This document shows, in pieces, positions 60,585-64,000 of a DNA stretch of 64,000 nucleotides (position 1 is the first letter of the stretch; every line of letters starts with the position of its first letter). The position numbers and the translations under genes are program-made. Below the pieces are notes generated by a model. The model did not search any database. It saw only the letters and a program-made list of their open reading frames with translations, and was not told where the DNA came from. This DNA comes from Promethearchaeota archaeon. Lineage in GTDB: Archaea; Asgardarchaeota; Lokiarchaeia; Sigyniarchaeales; SOKP01. The DNA lies in contig JALGVJ010000014.1 of assembly GCA_029838195.1 (NCBI GenBank), forward strand, positions 1 to 64,000, read 5' to 3'.

Positions 60585-61433
60585 TTAAATCAACACTTTC
60601 TTTCCCGTAAAATCTCTTTTAAATCTTCCGAAATCATCAACTTTTCTAAGAATTTCAGAATCAAACACGGGGCCATCTGTACATGTTAATAACCCTAAAG
60701 GATCTAACACGCACAGTCCACATAATCCACATCCACATCGCATAATTCTTTCAAGACTAGCTTGTAAAGGAATTCCATATCGTTCGCATGTTTTAAAAAT
60801 TTTAAACATCATTTTTTCTGGCCCGCACGTGTATACTAAAAGATTTTTTGTTCTTTCCCTTGGATAGTCTTTTAAGATTTCCGTGAATATATCCGAGGCC
60901 AATCCTTTTAGCGCATAACTCCCATCATCCGTACAATAGAAATTTGATACATTATCCTCAGGAAAATTTTTACAAAATTCTTTAAATATCATCTCATCTC
61001 TTGTTTTGATGCCTATAACCAACTTGAAGGGATGGTGATTTTCCTTTAATTCTAAAATTAAAGGGCGTAAGGGCGCAAGTCCAATTCCTCCAGCAATTAT
61101 AAATACCTCCTTGCATTTTTCTGGAGGAAGTTCAAATCCATTTCCAAAAGGACCTCTTATTCCAATATAATCGCCAACATTCAAATCTAATAAAGCTTTC
61201 GTGCATTCACCCACTTTTTTAACTGTAATGCTCCAATTTCCTTTAGAATCATAATGGGAAAGAGAAATGGGAATTTCATCCACCCCCGGCACCCAGACCA
61301 TGATGAATTGGCCCGGTCTCGGAGAAATATAGTTATTATTTTTTGGATCCACCGAAAAATTGAGGGTTTTTACATTTTTACATTCTTCAACAACATGCTC
61401 TATTTTTACAGTTCTCACTACATTTTTACTCAA
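60585..61433 (-). CDS. pyrK: Dihydroorotate dehydrogenase electron-transfer subunit
   Basis: PGQF.MVW.PG.DE.P.S, RGPFG, GG.G.AP, CGP, CGCGLCGLC...C.DGPVF. Confidence 0.93.
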   Translation of the reverse strand: MSKNVVRTVKIEHVVEECKNVKTLNFSVDPKNNNYISPRPGQFIMVWVPGVDEIPISLSHYDSKGNWSITVKKVGECTKALLDLNVGDYIGIRGPFGNGFELPPEKCKEVFIIAGGIGLAPLRPLILELKENHHPFKLVIGIKTRDEMIFKEFCKNFPEDNVSNFYCTDDGSYALKGLASDIFTEILKDYPRERTKNLLVYTCGPEKMMFKIFKTCERYGIPLQASLERIMRCGCGLCGLCVLDPLGLLTCTDGPVFDSEILRKVDDFGRFKRDFTGKKVLI

Positions 61434-62379
61434 ATTCGGGTTCCTCCTGTATTTCGTGTTTATGAGCTAACCCAATTAACTCCATGATGGTGTTATAATT
61501 ATTTCTCATTAAATATGCTTTTAAATCTTTTATAATTTTCGTGATTACATCAAATCCTTGATATAAAGCAGTTCCCATTTGAACGGCGGAGGCTCCTGCT
61601 AAAAAAAATTCTATGACATCGTGCCACCATGAAATGCCTCCGCATCCAATAATGGGAATTTTTAAAACTTTATATAAATCATATACTTTCTTAATTGCAA
61701 TAGGATGAATCGCTTTACCTGATAATCCTCCCGAGCCATGAGAAAGAATGGGCTTTTGGGTATTAACATCTATAACCATGGCACTAATTGTATTAATAGC
61801 AACCACCCCATCTGCGCCCGCTTTTTCAGCTGCTAATGCAATATCCGTGATATCGGTAACATTAGGATTCAACTTCACAAATACGGGAAGAGAAATTCTC
61901 TTTTTAATCTCGTGAACCAATTGAAAAGTTAAATCTTTATCAATACCAATGGAGGAAACTTCTGCATGGGGACAAGAGATATTGAGTTCAAGAGCCCATG
62001 CTCCTGAATTTGCCGCTTTAGTTGCAACATCGATATAAGATTGAATAGAACCCCCAAACACGCTCATTATTAAAGGTAGGCTATTATTTTCCGCTGCCTT
62101 GAGTTCTGAAATAAAATTATCAATACCCGGATTGGCCAACCCCACACTGTTTAAAAAGGTGCCGGGATAAATTTCAATAATGGATGGATTTCTATAACCT
62201 TTTCTTGGTCTAGGGCCTATAGATTTAGAAACTACCGCCCCGGCACCAGCAGCAAGCGCTCGTTTCATTGTGGACAATGAGACACCAAGAATACCAGAAG
62301 CTAAAATAAGAGGTGTTTTTAATTTTAATTTCGAGAGGTGAGTTTCTAAAATTTTTTCTTGGAAATCATGAGAGCGCAT
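61426..62379 (-). CDS. pyrD: Dihydroorotate dehydrogenase (family 1B)
   Basis: LASG, NSVGL.NPG, ELNISCPH, VKL.PN, INT, GGLSG, GCGGI. Confidence 0.95.
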   Translation of the reverse strand: MRSHDFQEKILETHLSKLKLKTPLILASGILGVSLSTMKRALAAGAGAVVSKSIGPRPRKGYRNPSIIEIYPGTFLNSVGLANPGIDNFISELKAAENNSLPLIMSVFGGSIQSYIDVATKAANSGAWALELNISCPHAEVSSIGIDKDLTFQLVHEIKKRISLPVFVKLNPNVTDITDIALAAEKAGADGVVAINTISAMVIDVNTQKPILSHGSGGLSGKAIHPIAIKKVYDLYKVLKIPIIGCGGISWWHDVIEFFLAGASAVQMGTALYQGFDVITKIIKDLKAYLMRNNYNTIMELIGLAHKHEIQEEPEFE

Positions 62380-62504
62380 GATGAGTTTAATATTAAATGA
62401 ATATTTTTTTCATTCAAGATAATTGGTTCTTTACCGTATAAATTTTTTTAAAAGAAAATAATGATTATTATGATTTATAATCTTTTCATGAGAGTTTAAG
62501 AAAA

Positions 62505-63746
62505 ATGAAATGCTTTATTATTGATTGTTATATTGGGATCTTTGCGGTAGATGAGGCGGGAAATATCATAAATTTTCAAGATTTTAATGAGGACAGAGAG
62601 CAAAAAATTGCTTTTTTTCGAGAAATAAAAAATAAGACTCTCACGAGAGAATACAAGACTTTTTTAAACGAATTAGTAAATTCAGGCTTTAATCAATTTT
62701 TATTTGACAATAAAGAGCTCGCAGATTTAACTTTTAGCGAGCTAGGATACACTTCTAACTTAGTGAAGGATTCAGAAGAATTTAAGAATTTTAGATTCAA
62801 TCTTACGTCCCATTTAAATCGTATTGGAATTCATAAATCTCAAGCGGATTTATTACGAGAATACAAGGAAATAAGTGAAACTTTGATAAAATATCACGTG
62901 AGTCGGGCGGGAGAAGCTGAAGATTTAATGATCATTCAGACCATAGAAACAATAGATCAGATAAAAAAATCAATCAGTTCATTTACCATGCGATTACGGG
63001 AATGGTATGGGCTATATTTTCCAGAATTAACGGATAAAATTATTGATGATGAAATCGTATTAGCGCAAATAATATCATACCTAGGGGAGCGAGCCTCATT
63101 CACGGAAGAAAATTTAAAAAATTATTTCAATTTTTCTGAGCATTTAGTTCAGTCATTACAAGAAAAGGCTAAAACATCCATGGGTGCAGAAATTGATATC
63201 TCCATGATGCAAGCTTTAGCAAATCAAATTCTTTCCTTGAATGAGTATCGGGTTGAGTTGGAGGATTATTTATCACGGTTGATGGAACAAGTAGCTCCCA
63301 ATTTAACTGCTGTCATTGGTTCATTAATTGGCGCTAAATTAATGGCTAAAGCGGGGAGTTTAAAAAAAGTAGCTTTCATGCCCGCTTCTCGAATACAATT
63401 ATTAGGAGCAGAAAAGGCATTATACAGATTTCTTAAAACGGGACAAAAAGTACCAAAACATGGGCTTATATTTCAATGGAACCAAATAAGAGGAAGCCCC
63501 GCTAGTATTCGAGGAAATATTGCTCGATTAATCGCAAATAAAATTGCGATTGCCGCAAAAATCGATTATTTTGGAGGGGATTTTAAAGGTGAACTCCTTT
63601 CTCAAGAAATTAATGAAAAAATCAAGATGATTAAAAAAAAACTCCCTCGAAAGAAAAAAAAGGAAGAAATTTCATCCCTCCCCGTTCCAAAAAAGAAAAA
63701 AAAGAAAAAAAACAAGAAAAAGAGGAAGAAATATGGAAAAACTTGA
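62505..63746 (+). CDS. nop5: Box C/D sRNP protein Nop5 (Nop56/58)
   Basis: RLREWYGLYFPEL, SMG, APNL, PAS.IQLLGAEKAL, PKHGLIFQ. Confidence 0.95.
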   Translation: MKCFIIDCYIGIFAVDEAGNIINFQDFNEDREQKIAFFREIKNKTLTREYKTFLNELVNSGFNQFLFDNKELADLTFSELGYTSNLVKDSEEFKNFRFNLTSHLNRIGIHKSQADLLREYKEISETLIKYHVSRAGEAEDLMIIQTIETIDQIKKSISSFTMRLREWYGLYFPELTDKIIDDEIVLAQIISYLGERASFTEENLKNYFNFSEHLVQSLQEKAKTSMGAEIDISMMQALANQILSLNEYRVELEDYLSRLMEQVAPNLTAVIGSLIGAKLMAKAGSLKKVAFMPASRIQLLGAEKALYRFLKTGQKVPKHGLIFQWNQIRGSPASIRGNIARLIANKIAIAAKIDYFGGDFKGELLSQEINEKIKMIKKKLPRKKKKEEISSLPVPKKKKKKKNKKKRKKYGKT

Positions 63747-64000
63747 AATACGAGATCATCCCATTTTTAAAGGGGTATATGTATCTCACCATGAACAAGG
63801 AATGAAATTATACACGAAAAATTTAATTCCCGGAAAAGCGATTTATGGAGAAAAATTAGTACCATATAAAGACTTTGAGTTAAGAGAATGGGATCCTTTC
63901 CGGAGTAAATTAGCCGCCATGATTTTAGAGAGGCCAAAACATAATTATTTAGAGAATAAAAATAGCTGTTTATATTTAGGAGCAGCATCAGGAACGACCA
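63733..64000 (+). CDS. flpA: Fibrillarin-like 2'-O-methyltransferase, 3'-truncated by the window edge
   Basis: Translated by hand (absent from the ORF track): MEKLEIR...TKNLIPG..YGEKL...REWDPFRSKLAAMI...LYLGAASGTT; overlaps the nop5 end. Confidence 0.95.
   Translation, partial: MEKLEIRDHPIFKGVYVSHHEQGMKLYTKNLIPGKAIYGEKLVPYKDFELREWDPFRSKLAAMILERPKHNYLENKNSCLYLGAASGTT

Noticed and set aside
1459-61487. Many 60-145 aa ORFs antisense to or nested in annotated genes
   Set aside because: Shadow ORFs with no motifs, overlapping well-supported genes.
63767-63988. 73-aa ORF on the minus strand
   Set aside because: Antisense to fibrillarin, which is the real gene on the + strand.

Overview
AT-rich archaeal chromosomal segment. 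Gene content (profilin-like and uDENN-like proteins, Ftr, GatDE, stand-alone uL2, exosome-proteasome superoperon, RHH-HisKA-REC regulators) points to an Asgard archaeon, probably Lokiarchaeia/Promethearchaeia (inference). The left part holds the GC-rich 3' end of a TnpB-like element, a fucose-utilisation cluster (GH29, fucI, GlcD/GlcF-like pair), signalling and hypothetical genes, an inositol/di-myo-inositol-phosphate operon, a PPi-type PFK and a four-subunit 2-oxoacid:ferredoxin oxidoreductase. The right part is housekeeping: KEOPS/ECF genes, exosome-proteasome operon, four intron-containing tRNAs, TFB, rpl2, gatDE, elp3, pyrK/pyrD, nop5 and fibrillarin. Best finding: elp3 looks frameshifted but is interrupted by a 31-nt insertion (59892-59922) that folds into a bulge-helix-bulge (BHB) splice motif. 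Cutting at the standard BHB positions restores the conserved GHDVD-KIELIVMGGT reading frame exactly, so this is a candidate tRNA-endonuclease-spliced mRNA intron in an Asgard protein-coding gene. All annotations come from motif recognition; no database searches were run.
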